A stretch of DNA of 64,000 nt from Octopus vulgaris (GCA_951406725.2 OX597815.1:188046001-188110000); one strand, 5' to 3'. Positions 13,905 through 27,340 are shown, numbered from the stretch's first letter. A program made the numbers and translations. The notes: generated by a model from the sequence alone, not told the origin.

Positions 13905-14465
13905 CATAACCAGCCCATTTAAAAGTACCCTTGAATCATTGGGTGATACGTTGCACTTGAGAAGACCTACTGAGTCAAGTAAAGTCAAAATCAAAAGCAA
14001 ATCAAGATCAAAATCTAAATGGAAATAGTGGTTGTGGCTAATGCCAGTGCCGCCTGACTGGCACCCATGTTGGTGGCACGTAATAAGTACCATTCAAGCA
14101 TGGGTCAATGTTAGTGCTTGCTGCCTGACTGGCTTCCTGTGCTGGTGACATGTAAAAAGCACCATCCAAATGTGGTCAATGCCAGTCTCCCCCCTCCCGA
14201 CTGGCTCCTGTGCCGGTGGCATGTAAAAAGCACCATCTGAATATGGGTTGATGCCAATGCCACCTCACTGGCTCCCATGCTGGTGGCATGTAAAAAGCAT
14301 CCACTACACTCTCTGAGTGGTTGATGTTAGGAAGGGCATCCAGCTGTAAAAATCCATACCAGATCAGATTGGAGCATGGCGCAGCCTAGCTGGCTTGCCA
14401 GTCCCCAGTCAAATCCTCCAACCCATATGCCAGGTTAAACAATGATGATGATGATTGATGATGAT
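13905..14465 (+). mobile_element. RTE 3' UTR with four tandem units
   Basis: Four GGTGGCA(C/T)GTAAAAAGCACC-type units, the AGGAAGGGCATCCAGC motif and a (GAT)n tail. Confidence 0.85.
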
Positions 14466-15293
14466 TTATAGAAGGATGATTATCGAGGGCTGCCAGAAGG
14501 ATGCTCGAGCCTGGGAGCCATGGCTGAGAACTGTTGGTTAAGTGTATCCCATTGGAATATATTGAAAACAGGATTATGAAGAATTATAGATTTTGGGTGT
14601 GATGGCAAAAGTTCAGCCAGCACTGAGATAGAAAATCAATGTACTTGATCAGTTTCTGAAGGTGTTATCAATAAAATATTCCATACTTTGGCAAGAGTTT
14701 TCTAATGGGACAGTGTTTCCAACATGGAAAAACATTCTGAAATGCCCAACCAAACTTGCCTCTTGGCACTGCCCCTCTTGGAGAAATTCTCTCCAGAAGT
14801 TTCAAATTTCAAGTGAATTTAGATTGACACCATTCTGCCTCTTCACTTTGAATTGCATTATTGTATATTTATTGGGAAAATCCCAACAATAATAATTTTG
14901 GCATGAACTCCTTGAAATGTGAAGTAGGGCACTAATGGGTTTGTAAGCTCATTAAACCAAAAATCAACAAAGATGGGGAAAAGTCAGATTCTCTCACCGA
15001 CAAAAATATTCATATATATAATATAATTTAGTGATCTAATTTTTCATCTTGCAAGTGTTGGTAGGTCAGCAGCACATGATTATGCATATCATTGTTATCA
15101 TCATCATCGTTGTTGTCATCATAAACCACAATTGTTTAATATCAGTTTTCCATGGGTTGGACAGTTTAACCAGACCTGGTATGCTGGAAAGCTGTACCTG
15201 GTTGTATGTATTTGTTTTGATGTTACTAGTATCACTGCTATTAAAAAGGAACCATTTTTTACCTAAATTTATTCTACTCTGTTCTATATTTAA

Positions 15294-15514
15294 CCCTTTA
15301 GCATTTAAACTGGCCATATCCGGCCAAAAGTATTCTACCTGTTTTATGTTCAAATTGGCCAGATCTGGTCTCTCACACCAGCCCTACAATATCATTTTAA
15401 AAATTAACAGCTACCTCATCAAAATCTCATAGCACCAAGATAATGCCTAATTAGTTCAAGGCAATGTGGATAAAAAAGGATTCATTTTGGCAGAATAATG
15501 CGAACACTAAAGGG
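15294..15514. mobile_element. piggyBac-type MITE
   Basis: TTAA-CCCTTTAG...CTAAAGGG-TTAA. Inverted relative at about 51816-52028. Confidence 0.85.
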
Positions 15515-15518
15515 TTAA

Positions 15519-15797
15519 GAGATGAAGAATTATGTACATTATTTACATTCAGCGGATATTTGTCCTCGTCTTGTTTGTTGTTAACACAATGTTTCGGCTG
15601 ATATACCCTCCAACCTTCATCAGGTGTCTTGGGGAAATTTAAAACCTGGGTTCTCATTCCTAAGGTATTATTCAATGTTGTTGTTGTTACTATTATTATG
15701 AGAGAGCAGTGCATACCATCAAAGTGACACTGGGGTAAAATATACGAAGCCCAGTATACCCATCATGACTATCTGTCTGATAAGGGTACACCAGGCA

Positions 15798-15854
<57 letters not shown>

Positions 15855-15930
15855 CATTATCATTATTATTCAGGTCACTGCCTGGAATTGTTCACAACAA
15901 ACAAGATGAGGACAAATGCAAATAATGTTA
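15519..15930 (-). mobile_element. Penelope-like LTR with hammerhead (15583-15628) and inverted tail, same family as 63127-63850
   Basis: Minus GACAC-CTGATGA-A-GGTTG..CAGCC-GAAA-CATT-GTGTT. Inverted copy CAACAAACAAGATGAGGACAAAT at 15895-15917. Confidence 0.8.
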
Positions 15931-15982
15931 TTCTACTATGTTTCTTATTTCAGTCATTTGATTGAGTCTATGGTGGCTATAT

Positions 15983-16031
<49 letters not shown>

Positions 16032-16449
16032 TATAATTTGGTGTTAGGTATGGTGCAATATATGTATTATTTAATATTTCTAGATAAAATTCCTTCAGTG
16101 CTTTTATAATTGGTAGTAATCTCGTCTCTCCTCCATATCTCTCTCTGTCTCTCTCTACATACTCTACATATATAAATATATAATTTGGTCTCTCCCTCAT
16201 CACTCTTTCTTTCCCCCTCTGTATATATGTATGCATATCTAGGTATATATATGTGTGTATGTGTATGTTGAGCCCATTGGTGTAAGTGGTAGAACATATA
16301 TAAGTGTGTGTGTGTATACATATATATATATATGATGATGATGATGATGATGATATATATATATATATGTATGTATGTGTGTGTGTGTGTGTGTGAGAGA
16401 GTGTGTGTATTTATATATATATATACTTTTATATATATATATATATATA

Positions 16450-16833
16450 CTTTTATTTGTTTCACTCATTTGACTGAGGTCATGCTGGAGCACTGCCTTT
16501 ACTAAAACAAATCAACGCCAGCACATTCTATGTAAGCCTAATACTTATTCTATCAGTCTCTTTTGCTGAGCCACAAAGTTATGAGGATGTAAACATGCTA
16601 ACATCGGTTGTCAAGCGATTATGGGATGGGAGGGACAAACACAGACGCACAAACATATATATATATATATATAATGGGCTTCTTTCAGTTTCCGTCTATC
16701 AAATCCACTCACAAGGCTTCGGTTGGCCTGAAGCTATAGTAGAAGACACTTGCCCAAGGTGCCATGCAGTGGGACTGAACCCAGAACCATGTGGTTGGCA
16801 AGCAAGCTACTTACCACACAGTCACTCCTGCAC
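16450..16833 (-). mobile_element. SINE family A
   Basis: Full head-to-tail match to the other copies. Confidence 0.9.
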
Positions 16834-16881
<48 letters not shown>

Positions 16882-16883
<2 letters not shown>

Positions 16884-17245
16884 GGAGACTGGTAATGGCT
16901 CAAAGAGCCATGAAAAGGTCAATGCTTGGTATCTCATTGAGAGAGCACATCAGAAAGAAGTCCGGCATGAGATATGTCATCGCAGAGTATACACACAGCA
17001 AATTTAGATGGGCTGGACACGTCACCCGGATCACCGATAATTGGTGGACCTGCGCAGTTGTCGAGTGGTACTCGCATGAGCAGAAATGACCACTCAGAAG
17101 GCCTCCATGACTGTGGAGTTACGATTTCAGGAGGACGATTGGGATCACGTGGATGAGAAAGGTGTGATCCAGAAAGGAGTGGACAGCGTGCTGTGACCAG
17201 CGGTGTCAAATGGATGCCTGACGGAGTGGTCGGTCAAGGTGAAAC
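16882..17245 (+). pseudogene. 5'-truncated RTE-1-like LINE, ORF2 C-terminus
   Basis: RRLVMAQRAMKRSMLGISLREHIR...KFRWAGHVTRITDNWWTCAVVEWY...RPP is the typical post-RT region of RTE. Stops present; inserted in (TA)n. Confidence 0.9.
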
Positions 17246-17316
17246 ATATATATATATATATATATATATGTCAAATGAAGGACATAAGATGGAATGTATG
17301 AGAATTTTTATTATTA

Positions 17317-17399
17317 ATCATGACAATTGTTTCGATATATCCAGCATCAATCCCTGTTTCAGGAGCATCTGGCAGTGTAGATGTGTCTCATCAGGTGAT
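17317..17399 (-). ncRNA. Type I hammerhead motif, slightly decayed
   Basis: ATCAC-CTGATGA-GACACATC...GATATATC-GAAA-CAATTG-TC-ATGAT. Intact core, GUC site, palindromic stem III, mismatches in stems I and II. Confidence 0.75.
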
Positions 17400-17599
17400 A
17401 AATAGACACAACTCGTTAAAATAACAGTTCTGCAATGTATCTTCTCATTTCGTAGACAGAAAAGCAGCAAAGTGAAAGAAATATCATCATTTACATAGAA
17501 AATCACATATACCCGAGTAAAGACATAAATATGAAACAATGATGGGAGAAAAATAGTTGAATACCAATTAAAGCTGCAATACTTGAATACTTATTAAAG

Positions 17600-17755
17600 C
17601 TGCCAAAACATCACGAAAATTTCACAAAAAACTGCTACATTCTTGTTTGTTGGGCAGTTGCCATCAAGAATGGAATAAAAATCTTTATTGCATTCTTGAT
17701 CACAACTGCCCAACGGACGACAGTCTTTTGGGATATTTTTATGATGTTTTTGCCA
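17600..17755. repeat. Imperfect fold-back palindrome
   Basis: GTTGGGCAGTTG..ATCAAGAATGGAATAAA pairs with TTTATTGCATTCTTGAT..CAACTGCCCAAC. Confidence 0.8.
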
Positions 17756-17814
17756 CTTTAATAATAAGGTATATATACAAATATAAATATAAATATATAT
17801 ATGATAAAGTATAA

Positions 17815-18100
17815 CTATAGAGTAGTGGTACAACAGGGCACCAATATTTACTGGAAAATAGCAGTCGATACATTTATGACGCTTTAGTAAAGCTTCACTG
17901 CGTATATACTGGCAAAGACATGTGAATGCAGCAAACATGAAAAATTTTGTCTTACCTCTAGGAAGAACATTCGATAAATGGACAACCTGGAATTGGATAA
18001 TGCAGTATCTTGGGTTCAGACTCTTCAAATATGTTTGTCAACGTAAAATTGATTAGTCTTCATCAGCTGATTTTACCCGGACAATATTTCACTGAAAATT
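17815..18100 (-). mobile_element. Penelope-like LTR remnant, same family as 55265-55320 plus 55600-55775
   Basis: Shared TAGTAAAGCTTCACTG..TATACTGGCAAAGA and TTGATTAGT segments. CTGATGA is kept here; GAAACCTAGGTC is kept in the 55.7 kb copy. Confidence 0.65.
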
Positions 18101-18113
18101 ATAATAAAGTATA

Positions 18114-18150
<37 letters not shown>

Positions 18151-18193
18151 GAATAAAAAAATGGAGTTAACGCAGGTGTAATCAAATATTTTT

Positions 18194-18279
18194 ACTTTCG
18201 ACACATGGTTTGAAAATTCCACTGATACTATTCAAAAGAATAAATGGTATAAACAATGCAATCTTCTCCTCAGGAAAGT
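18194..18279 (-). ncRNA. Decayed hammerhead motif
   Basis: ACTTTC-CTGAGGA-GAAGATT...AATTTTC-AAAC-CATGTG-TC-GAAAGT. Six bp stem I and GUC site; GAAA damaged. Confidence 0.6.
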
Positions 18280-18511
18280 GGAAAAAACGAAACTCATGAG
18301 ATTTTTGCTGCCCTGCTAACTATTTATTTATTTTTTCCGTGTTAATTGTTAACAAGGTAAAAATACACTCATCTATTTATATATATATATATTGTTATAT
18401 TTCGGAATGGTCATTTTGCCAGTTTAGCCAATAAAAATACACGCACTATATATTTGGTGTTATTTTGGTTCAGTGTTATTTATTTTTTTACATTAATCTT
18501 AATCTTATTTC

Positions 18512-18556
18512 GGCCAGAGTTCTTTCGTCACACTCCGGTGACCGCATCAGTGGTCC
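18512..18556 (-). ncRNA. Hammerhead-like motif with variant core CUGAUGC
   Basis: GGACCA-CTGATGC-G-GTCAC-CGGAGT-GTGAC-GAAA-GAAC-TC-TGGCC. Confidence 0.6.
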
Positions 18557-18725
18557 TTTGTTTTCTTCTTTCTTATTTGTGTCTCTCCTTACTAACCGTC
18601 AGCCATTTTGTATTTCTATTGCATGTCTTCATTTGCGCATGCTTATATCTCTATGTGCGTCTATGTTTATTTAGTGTGTGTGTGTGGGGGGATGCCTGTA
18701 ATATTTGTATCTTCTGTTTATATAC

Positions 18726-19108
18726 TCTCTTTACTCTTTTACTTGTTTCAGTCATTTGACTGCGGCCATGCTGGAGCACCGCCTTTAGTCGAGCAAATCG
18801 ACCCCAGGACTTATTTTTTGTAAGCCTAGTACTTATTCTATCGGTCTCTTTGCCGAACCTCTAAGTGACGGGGACGTAAACACACCAGCATCGGTTGTCA
18901 AGCAATGCTAGGGGGAGAAACACAGACACACATATATATATATATATATATACATACATATATACGACAGGCTTCTTTCAGTTTCCATCTACCAAATCCA
19001 CTCACAAGGCTTTGGTTGGCCCAAGGCTATAGTAGAAGACGGTGGGACTGAACCTGGAACCATGTGGTTGGTAAGCAAGCTACTTACCACACAGCCACTC
19101 CCGCGCCT
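18726..19108 (-). mobile_element. SINE family A (young, short internal deletion)
   Basis: CpG-retaining match to the family consensus. Confidence 0.92.
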
Positions 19109-19689
19109 ACATTCATGTAATTTGTTTTTGTTGTTGTTGTTTTTGTTTATTCTTATTTCGTTCATGTGTACACATCCAGCTATAGAAACCATGCCAAAAT
19201 AGACAATAGAGCCTTGTGTGGCCCCCTGGTCAAAAACCATCCAATCCATGCCAACATTGAAACCAAATATTAAATGATGATGATGATGATAACATTTAAT
19301 ATAGATGCAATATCTAGATACGAGCATTTAATAGTGGAATGCTGCTTGTATACATATGCGTGCATGCATGTGAACACACACACACACACACACACGCATA
19401 TACACTTATAAATAGGTAGATACACATATATATATATACATTCATCGACACTTATACCCAAGGCTTGCGAGGGTGCTTTGTAATTTGCAAGTACAGCAGA
19501 TATGAAAAGTGCACACAGGGCACTCTGTAAAATGGTTGGCATTCGAAAGAGGCGTCCAGCCAAAGTTACTATAGCAAAACCTATTCATTGGTGTCCAGCA
19601 CTGGGTCATCCATCTTCTTGGATTCTGTTTGTTGCATAGCATCCAAGTCATGCTGGCATGAAAAGCTGATGCGAAGTAATAGCGACAGA

Positions 19690-19715
19690 GGTGGGGATCA
19701 TGATGCTGATGGTGG

Positions 19716-19746
<31 letters not shown>

Positions 19747-20120
19747 GAAGATGTTGCTGGTGTTGTTGTTGTTGGTGGTGGTGATGATGATGAAGATGCT
19801 GTTTTTGGTGTTGTTGTTGGTGATGATGATGATGATAATGCTACTGCTGCTGCTGTTGATGATGATGAAGATGCTGCTGGTGTTGTTGGTGGTGATGATG
19901 ATGATAATGATGATGATAATGCTACTGCTGCTGCTGTTGATGATGATGATGATGAAGATGCTGCTGGTGTTGTTGGTGGTGATGATGATGCTGGTGGTAG
20001 TGTTGCTGTTGGTGGCGATGAGATGATGCTGCTGATGCTGGTGTTGTTGTTGTTGACGATGAGGACGATGATGATGATGATGCTACTGCAGGTTGCTATG
20101 ACAATGATGAGGATCATTAT
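19690..20120. repeat. Mixed trinucleotide repeat (GAT/GGT/GTT/GCT)
   Basis: Triplet-phase low complexity with an internally duplicated unit of about 80 bp. Confidence 0.9.
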
Positions 20121-20182
20121 TATTACACATACACAGAGGCAGACACATACCCACCCACAAAAAAAAATTATATATATCTATA

Positions 20183-20572
20183 GGCGCAGGAGTGGCTGTG
20201 TGGTAAGTAGCTTGCTAACCAACCACATGGTTCCGGGTTCAGTCCCACTGCATGGCATCTTGGGCAAGTGTCTTCTGCTATAGCACAGGGCCGACCAATA
20301 CCTTGTGAGTGGATTTGGTAGATGGAAACTGAAAGAAGCCTGTCGTATATATGTATGTGTGTGTTTGTGTGTCTGTGTTTGTCCCCACAACATCGCTAGA
20401 AAACTGATGCTGGTGTGTTTATGTCCTTGTCACTTAGCGGTTCGGCAAAAAGACCGATAGAATAAGTACTGGGCTTACAAAGAATAAATCCCGGGGTCAA
20501 TTTGCTCAACTAAAGGCGGTGCTCCAGCATGGCCGCAGTCAAATGACTGAAACAAGTAAAAGAGTAAAAGAG
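20183..20572 (+). mobile_element. SINE family A, full length
   Basis: GGCGCAGGAGTGGCTGTGTGGTAAG to GACTGAAACAAGTAAAAGAGTAAAAGAG. Confidence 0.93.
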
Positions 20573-20971
20573 TATATATATATATACACATATATATCAT
20601 TTAAGTTCCAGCAATCGTTGCATTTGCTGCAGTTTACAGAAAAACACATCTCTCCATTATATAGTTCGCTGCAGATATATTGTTTCATTATCATTTCCAA
20701 AATTATTAAATAAATAAGCTAAGAATTAAACACATATTTTGAAGCAGATTTCCAGTCTATTGAAACTTTTCACTTTTCCTGTTTGTTTAATCTAAAGCAA
20801 ATTCTTCAAATAGCTTCTGTGGCAATTGTCTTTTTATTAACTATTATTAGCTTTGAAAATAGTTTCAATAAAAATAGTTCATGTCAGATTTATGGCGAAG
20901 AAATAGTTTTATCTGTTTCAAAACAACTTCTAAACATTGCGATTTAATATTTGAAGAAAATATTAACAAAT

Positions 20972-21717
20972 TTGTGTGTGTGTGTGAGTTTGTGTGAGGT
21001 TATATTGGAGTCTGCGTGTGTGTGAGGACATGTGTGTGGGTGCTTGAGCGTGTGTGAAGGCGTCTGTGTGTCTGAGTGAGTGCGAGGGCATGTGCGGGTA
21101 TGTGTGAGAGCATATGCGTATTGGAGTGTGTGTGTGTATGTGTGTATATGTGTGAAGGCATATGTGTGTTGGAGAGTGTGAGTATGTGTGTGTGTACGTG
21201 TGTGTATGTATGTGTGAAGGCATATGTGATTTTGAGAGTGTGCTTGTATGTGTGTGTGTGTTTATAAGAGTATATGTGTGTTGGAGTGTGTGTGTGTGAG
21301 GGCATGCGTGCATCTGAGTGTGTGTGAGAGCATGTGTTTTTGAGTGTTTGTGCATGTGTGAGAGCATGTGTTGGAGTGTGTGCATGTGCATGTATATGTG
21401 TGTTGGAATGTGTGTGTTTGTGTACATATGTGTATGTGCGAGAGCATGTGTGTGTATGTGTGTGTGAGAGTATGTATATGTGTGCATGTATGTTGTCTGT
21501 GAATGTGTGTATGCTTGCATGTGGATTTGCAGTGTATGCATGTGTGTGACTTTGCACTTGATCGTATATATGTATGTATGTGTCTGTATGCATACTTGAG
21601 TGAATATGTGTGTAAGTGTGTGTATATATAGATATGTGTGTGTATCTATTGGTTTATTGTGCCTCTATGAGTTCATAAACATGTGTGAGTCTGTGTATGT
21701 GTGTGTATTCTATTCGC

Positions 21718-21756
<39 letters not shown>

Positions 21757-21765
21757 CTCATGTGT
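20972..21765. repeat. Degenerate (TG)n-rich simple repeat
   Basis: TG-dominated with recurring GTGTTGGAGTGTG and GAGAGCATGTG motifs. Confidence 0.92.
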
Positions 21766-21889
21766 GCTTAACTTCAAATTAAGCACACATGAGAATCCTA
21801 TAATTGAAGGCTCTACTCATGGTTACCCTGCCCTCTATCAAGCCCTAATCTACATGGGACTACATTATTCAATATATTCTTTTTTCTTT

Positions 21890-22305
21890 TATTTTACTTG
21901 TTTCAGTCATTTGACTGTGGCCATGCTGGAGCACTGTCTTTAGTCGAAGGAATTGACCCTGGGACTTATTCTTTGTAAGCCTAGTACTTATTCTACTGGT
22001 CTCTTTAGCAGATCTGCAAAGTTATGGGGACGTAAACAAACCAACATCAGCTGTCAAGAGATGGTGGTGGTGGTGGTGGGGAACAAACACTGACACACAC
22101 AAATATATACATACATACATATACACATATCTCTATATATATATGAATCGCTTCTTTCAGTTTCCATCTACCAAATCCACTCACACGGTTTCGGTTGTTT
22201 TGAGACTATAGTAGAAGACACTTGTCCAAGGTGCCATGCAGTGGGACAGAACCCAGAACTATGTGGTTGGGAAGCAAGCTTCTTACTACACATCCATTCT
22301 TGTGG
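21890..22305 (-). mobile_element. SINE family A
   Basis: Head and tail motifs present. Confidence 0.88.
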
Positions 22306-23044
22306 ACATTAAAAAAAAAAAAACAGCTTGTGATTTGAGAGTGACTCGTTTACCATGTCTAGTAATTCATATAATTGTGTGGCGCTGTGGTACTTCAGCA
22401 CCCACCCACTCTCCACAACTTCACAAAATGGCATATTATACACCCACCGCCCCATGTTTTGCACAGCCAAAGAAACCCCGCAAAACAGCAAATTATTTTA
22501 ATCAGACAGAAGCTAATTTTACACAATGGCTTATTATCCATATTTTACAATCTCTCATCCAGCATGTGCCTCCTTTTAGATATTTGTGCGAACTATTGTC
22601 CACTATAATAATTTTGAAGGAAATTACAAAAGAAAATGACAAAAGCTTACATAATGAAATTATTTTGGACTTTGACACATCATCAATCATATTTTCTGCT
22701 CTCTGATAATGTAATGTTTTACTCATATTTTATCCTGCACAAAGATTTCTTTGAAAATGTATCTAAAATATGTATATTGTATCTGGTTTAATTTACAGCC
22801 CTTTTGAGCATTCAGTTACCCTCAGAGTGTCTCCTTGTGAGCTCACAACCAATGGTTCTTTCATTAGCTCAAGGTAATAAATTCAGTTTGTTGTTTTGTT
22901 CCAAGTTAGTTCTGACTGAGTAGATCTATAATAGGGGATATTCCAGCCATGAACATCTAGCCTTTTATTATCCTCACATAATGTATTTAGGAGTACAATG
23001 TCTAATATGTTATTTTTTTAAAAAGCAAATAAAAAGTAATGCTA

Positions 23045-23243
23045 GTTTCTTATTTTGGACCAAGGCCAGCAATTTCAGGGAAAGAGAAGTCAACTACATT
23101 GACCCCTGTGCACAACTGGTACTTATTTTATTGACCCTGAAAGGACAGATGGCAAAGGCCAACATCAGTGGAATTTTAACTTGGACTGTAAAGACAGGCA
23201 AAATGCCATGAAGCATTTTGGCCAGAGACACAAAAATGCCTTA
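23045..23243 (-). mobile_element. SINE family B, decayed
   Basis: CTGGTACTTATTTTATTGACCCTGAAAGGA..GGCAAAG matches 48633-49079 and 62189-62590. Confidence 0.7.
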
Positions 23244-23246
23244 TGA

Positions 23247-23449
23247 TAGGTTGGTGCATAATTATTGCGGCTTTTTCTCAATAAATTTTATTCAACAAAA
23301 ACAATAACAACATTGAACAAAAACATCTTTGAATAATTATTCTGGAGCATAGTCACCATCTACTTCAATTTCTAATTGGTGTTTTGTTTAAATATTTTGT
23401 TGAATAAAATTTATTGACAAAAAGTCGCAATAATTATGCACCAACCTAA
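23247..23449 (-). mobile_element. Mariner MITE with Hsmar1/MADE1-like TIRs
   Basis: TAGGTTGGTGCATAATTATTGCG...CGCAATAATTATGCACCAACCTA. Retains the transposase C-terminus IEVDGDYAPE* on minus. Confidence 0.9.
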
Positions 23450-23988
23450 TAATAATTTGAGGGTGATTTGGTTGGTATTTCTTGCAGGTCAAGCAACTGT
23501 GTAGAGACTCTCACTTTAGCTGAAAGGAAAATATATCTGCCCACGTTATGTAATTTTCAGCCATAAGAAACTTCTCTTTGATAAAATGATATTGTATTTA
23601 TCAATCAAGAAATATATTTGTTTTGATGTTAAAAACCAGGTAAATAAGTTTCAATTGAAGAACTATTTTCATTTCTACATTTATTCTTTCTGACACTTTT
23701 TCTACCAAAACTCATTTATTATGTTGCATCATTGTCAAGAAGTATCATCATTCCTTGTCAAATTACTTCTAATAAACTGGCGTGTTTTTGTCAGTTTTCA
23801 TTCTTCCTCATTATTTTTTTTTTTTCCCTGTCTTGTGTTTTTCTTTCTTTCTACAGAAGGAAACATATTTATTACTGAATTATTTAAATACGTGAAAGAT
23901 TAAACACCTATTTCAAAGTGATGCTGTTTAGTGTTATTATAATAATGACATTTGTTGTGAAATACAGCATTCTGGTCTTATACATATA

Positions 23989-24379
23989 CAAGCAGTATCA
24001 CCCGGCGTTGCTTGGGTTTGTTTTGACCATTTAGAATTGGAATTTTTGAAAAGTAAAAATTTTGCATTATGTGGCTTGTTATACTCTTTAAGTGAACATT
24101 TTTCTGGTTGAAATACACCAAAAAATGGCAACACAGCAGTCAAAAAATCGTAAAAAATAGGGATTTTCATAGAAAAAAAAAGCACCTTTTTGATGTAAAT
24201 AATTTCTGGTGTTAACAAGGTCCAATTTGAATTTTTTCTTCTATGGAAGAAGAGCAAGCCTTCTTCTATCATATTCTCAATTTTGGTCAACTTGCGCCGC
24301 AGGGTCTTGAAGGAGATAGTGTTAGTTGAAGGCTACCAAACCTGCCACACACAGACAACTTCATCTTTATATAGATAGA
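23989..24379 (-). mobile_element. Non-autonomous Helitron
   Basis: CAAGCAGTATCACCCGGCGTTGCTTGGG (3' hairpin, CTAG mutated) to TTTATATAGATAGA (5' TC). Confidence 0.75.
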
Positions 24380-24454
24380 TATGTGTCACATACTCTAAAC
24401 GTTTTTGCACTCATAACTATATGTACACACAGACACACTTCTTTCATCTTTCAT

Positions 24455-24845
24455 CATTTGTTTCAGTCATTAGACTGTGACCATGTTGGAGCACTGCCTT
24501 GAAGAATTTTAGTCGAGCAAATCAACCCCAGGACTTATTTTGTTTATGTTTTACTTTTTAAAAGCCTGATACTTATTCTATCGGTTTCTTTTGCTGAACT
24601 GCTAAGCTACAGAGATGTAAACAGACCAACACTGGTTGTCAAGTCATAGTGGGGGACAAACACACACACATGTGTGCACATATATGACTGACTCAGTTTC
24701 CATCTACCTGATCCACCCACGAGGCTTAGGTCAGCCCAAGGCTATAGTAGAAGGCATCTGCCAAGGTGCCATGCAGCAGGAGTGAACACAGAACTGTGTG
24801 GCTAGGAAGCAAACTTCTTACAACATAACCATGCCTGAGCCTCTG
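24455..24845 (-). mobile_element. SINE family A, older copy
   Basis: Head and tail motifs present. Confidence 0.85.
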
Positions 24846-24951
24846 TGTGTGTGTGTATATATATATGTAAAAGCACCCACTAGTCTCGGAGTGGTTGGCA
24901 TTAGGAAGGGCATCCATTTGTAGAAACTGCCAATATATATATATATACATA

Positions 24952-24986
<35 letters not shown>

Positions 24987-25122
24987 GGTGTAGATGTAAG
25001 CTGAAATGAGCCTCTTGCTAAATAAAGCTTACAGTACACTCTGTCTCCCCTACCAATTATCTGAAATATATATACGTATATGTGTGTGTGTGTGTATGTA
25101 TATATATATATATATATACATA

Positions 25123-26390
25123 CAGAGCTTGGACAAAACAAGGGAAACACCTAGCATCATAATTTTGAAATATCTATAAAACCATCAAAATCTTGTTTAT
25201 TTTTATGTTTTTTAATTTATTATTAGTGTTGCTTAATATGTTTTGCTAAAATTGCTGTTTCTTTTCAGATCTCATCAGAAAAATGTAATTAAAATTCATT
25301 AAAATAACAGATCTATCGGACTTTCAAAGAGGTCAAATTGTTGGTGCTCGTATGGTAGGTGCTAGTGTAACGAGAACAGCCGAAATGTTTGGTGTATCAA
25401 GAAGTACTGTCTCGAAAGTAATGACAGCCTTTGAGAAAGAGAGAAAAACCGCCTTGTCGAAACAAAACTCCAGAAGAAAACTAAAACTTTCAGATAGGGA
25501 CCACTAGACTCTTATGTGAATTGTTAGAAAGGATCACAAAAGTACAGCTCCCAAAATTACTGCAGGACTTAATGACCACCTCGAGAACCTAGTTTCCACA
25601 AAAACTGTTCTCCGGGAGCTGCACAAAGCCAGATTTCACGGGAGGGCTGCAATCTGAAAACAACTACTTTCAAAAATGAATGTTGCAAAGCATTTAGAGT
25701 GGAGTAAAAACCTACAGAATTGGTCCCTAGAGCAGTGGAAGAATGTTATTTTCATGGATGAGTCATCCTTTACCTTATTTTTAACCACTGGCCAAGTATA
25801 CATGTGGACACAGCCAAAAGAAGCATTTGACCCAGACTGCCTCCTTCCAACTGTTAAACATAGAAGAGGCTCTGTGATGATCTGGTGGTGAGGGCTATAT
25901 ATTGGAAATCAGCTGGCCGAACGGTCTCCCTTCATGGCAGAATTAATAGTCAAGACTATTTAAGCATTTTATCTGATCAAATTCATCTTATGGTTGCGGA
26001 ATTGTTTCCAGAAGGAAACGTAATCTTTCAGGATGATAATGCCCCAACTCACATAGCTTGAAGTTGTAACTGAATGGCACGAGGAACATTCTAGTGAAGT
26101 TGAACATCTTATCTGGCCACCACAGTCCCCAAATCTCAATATTATTGAACATTCATGGTCCATTTTAGAAAATTAAGTAAGGAGTCGATATCCTCCATCA
26201 TCATTACTACAAGAACAGGAGACTCTTTTAGCTGAAGAATGGACAAAAATTCCCTTGGAAATAATTCAAACTCTGTACAAGGCTGTATCTTGTAGAATTC
26301 CAGCTGTAATTACTGCCAAAGTCGGTCCTACCCCATATTAAAATAAATTTGTTTGAAATTTTAAGATGTTTCCATTATTTTGTCCAACCC

Positions 26391-26393
<3 letters not shown>
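25123..26393 (+). mobile_element. Full-length decayed Tc1-type (DD34E) transposon; transposase pseudogene about 25304-26341
   Basis: TIRs CAGAGCTTGGACAAAACAAGGGAAACA / TGTTTCCATTATTTTGTCCAACCCCTG in (TA)n. Translation DLSDFQRGQIVGAR..WKNVIFMDES..PTVKH..SVMIW..FQDDNAP..WPPQSPNLNIIE..GPTPY*, with stops and frameshifts. Confidence 0.95.
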
Positions 26394-26429
<36 letters not shown>

Positions 26430-26979
26430 ATCATCATCATCATCTATTATTATATTTCAGGATGGTCATTTTTGTTTTTTGCCAAACACACACACACACA
26501 CACACTCTATACAGTCATTCTTCACTTTAGATTTGTTATTGTTTTTATTTTATTTCTTTTGTCTGGAAATCTGTCTTACATCCTGTGACCCCTTCATCAA
26601 CTCTCCACCCCAAGTATCTCCTCCTGTTCTGTTTAGTCCATTCCCATCATCATCCAGTTAACATCCACTTTTCCATGTTTGCATGGGTTGGACAGAATTT
26701 ATTGGGGCTGTTTCCTAGCAAAGTAATATTTCTCCATGACCAGACATGTTTTCACAGGAGATTGAAAATGAAAGACACTGCTCGCAGAGATGTGCACAGT
26801 TTTTTCATCATCAATATTTGAAAATAGACTTTTGACTCCAATTTCTAAAATTCATTTATCCAAAACACTTTGATTCGTTTGAAACTAGTTTGCCTGGAGA
26901 CAGATTCTGGTTCTTTGATAGAAAACTGCTTGTTTTGAAGTTTTCATATCTAAACTTTTTATACTTTTCATCATTTGTC

Positions 26980-27340
26980 TTTTATCTCTAGTTTCAGTTA
27001 CTGGACCGTGGCCATGCTGGAGCACCACTTTTGATGAGTCTAGTCAAACAAATCAACCCCAGTACTTATTTTAAAGTCTGCTACTCATTTTATCAATTGC
27101 TTTTGATAAATTTATAAGTTGTGGGGATGTAAACAAACCAACATCAGTTGTCAAGCACTGATGGGAACACACACACAGACACATTATATGACAAGCTTCC
27201 ACACAGTTTTCATCAACTGATTTCACTCACAAGGTACTGGTTGGCACAGCGCTATAGGAGAAGACACTTGTCCAAGGTGCATTGCAGTGGAACTGAAACC
27301 TAAAACCACATAGTTGCAAAGTGATTTCCTTAACCATACA
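26980..27340 (-). mobile_element. SINE family A, older copy
   Basis: Head and tail motifs present. Confidence 0.83.

Noticed and set aside
13780-14540. hAT-like MITE split by an RTE tail
   Set aside because: Termini too decayed and no 8 bp TSD found.
19588-20283. 231 aa Asp-rich ORF
   Set aside because: Trinucleotide repeat open in several frames that runs into a SINE; no splice or domain evidence.
20963-21593. His/Thr-rich ORFs
   Set aside because: Translation of degenerate (CA)n.
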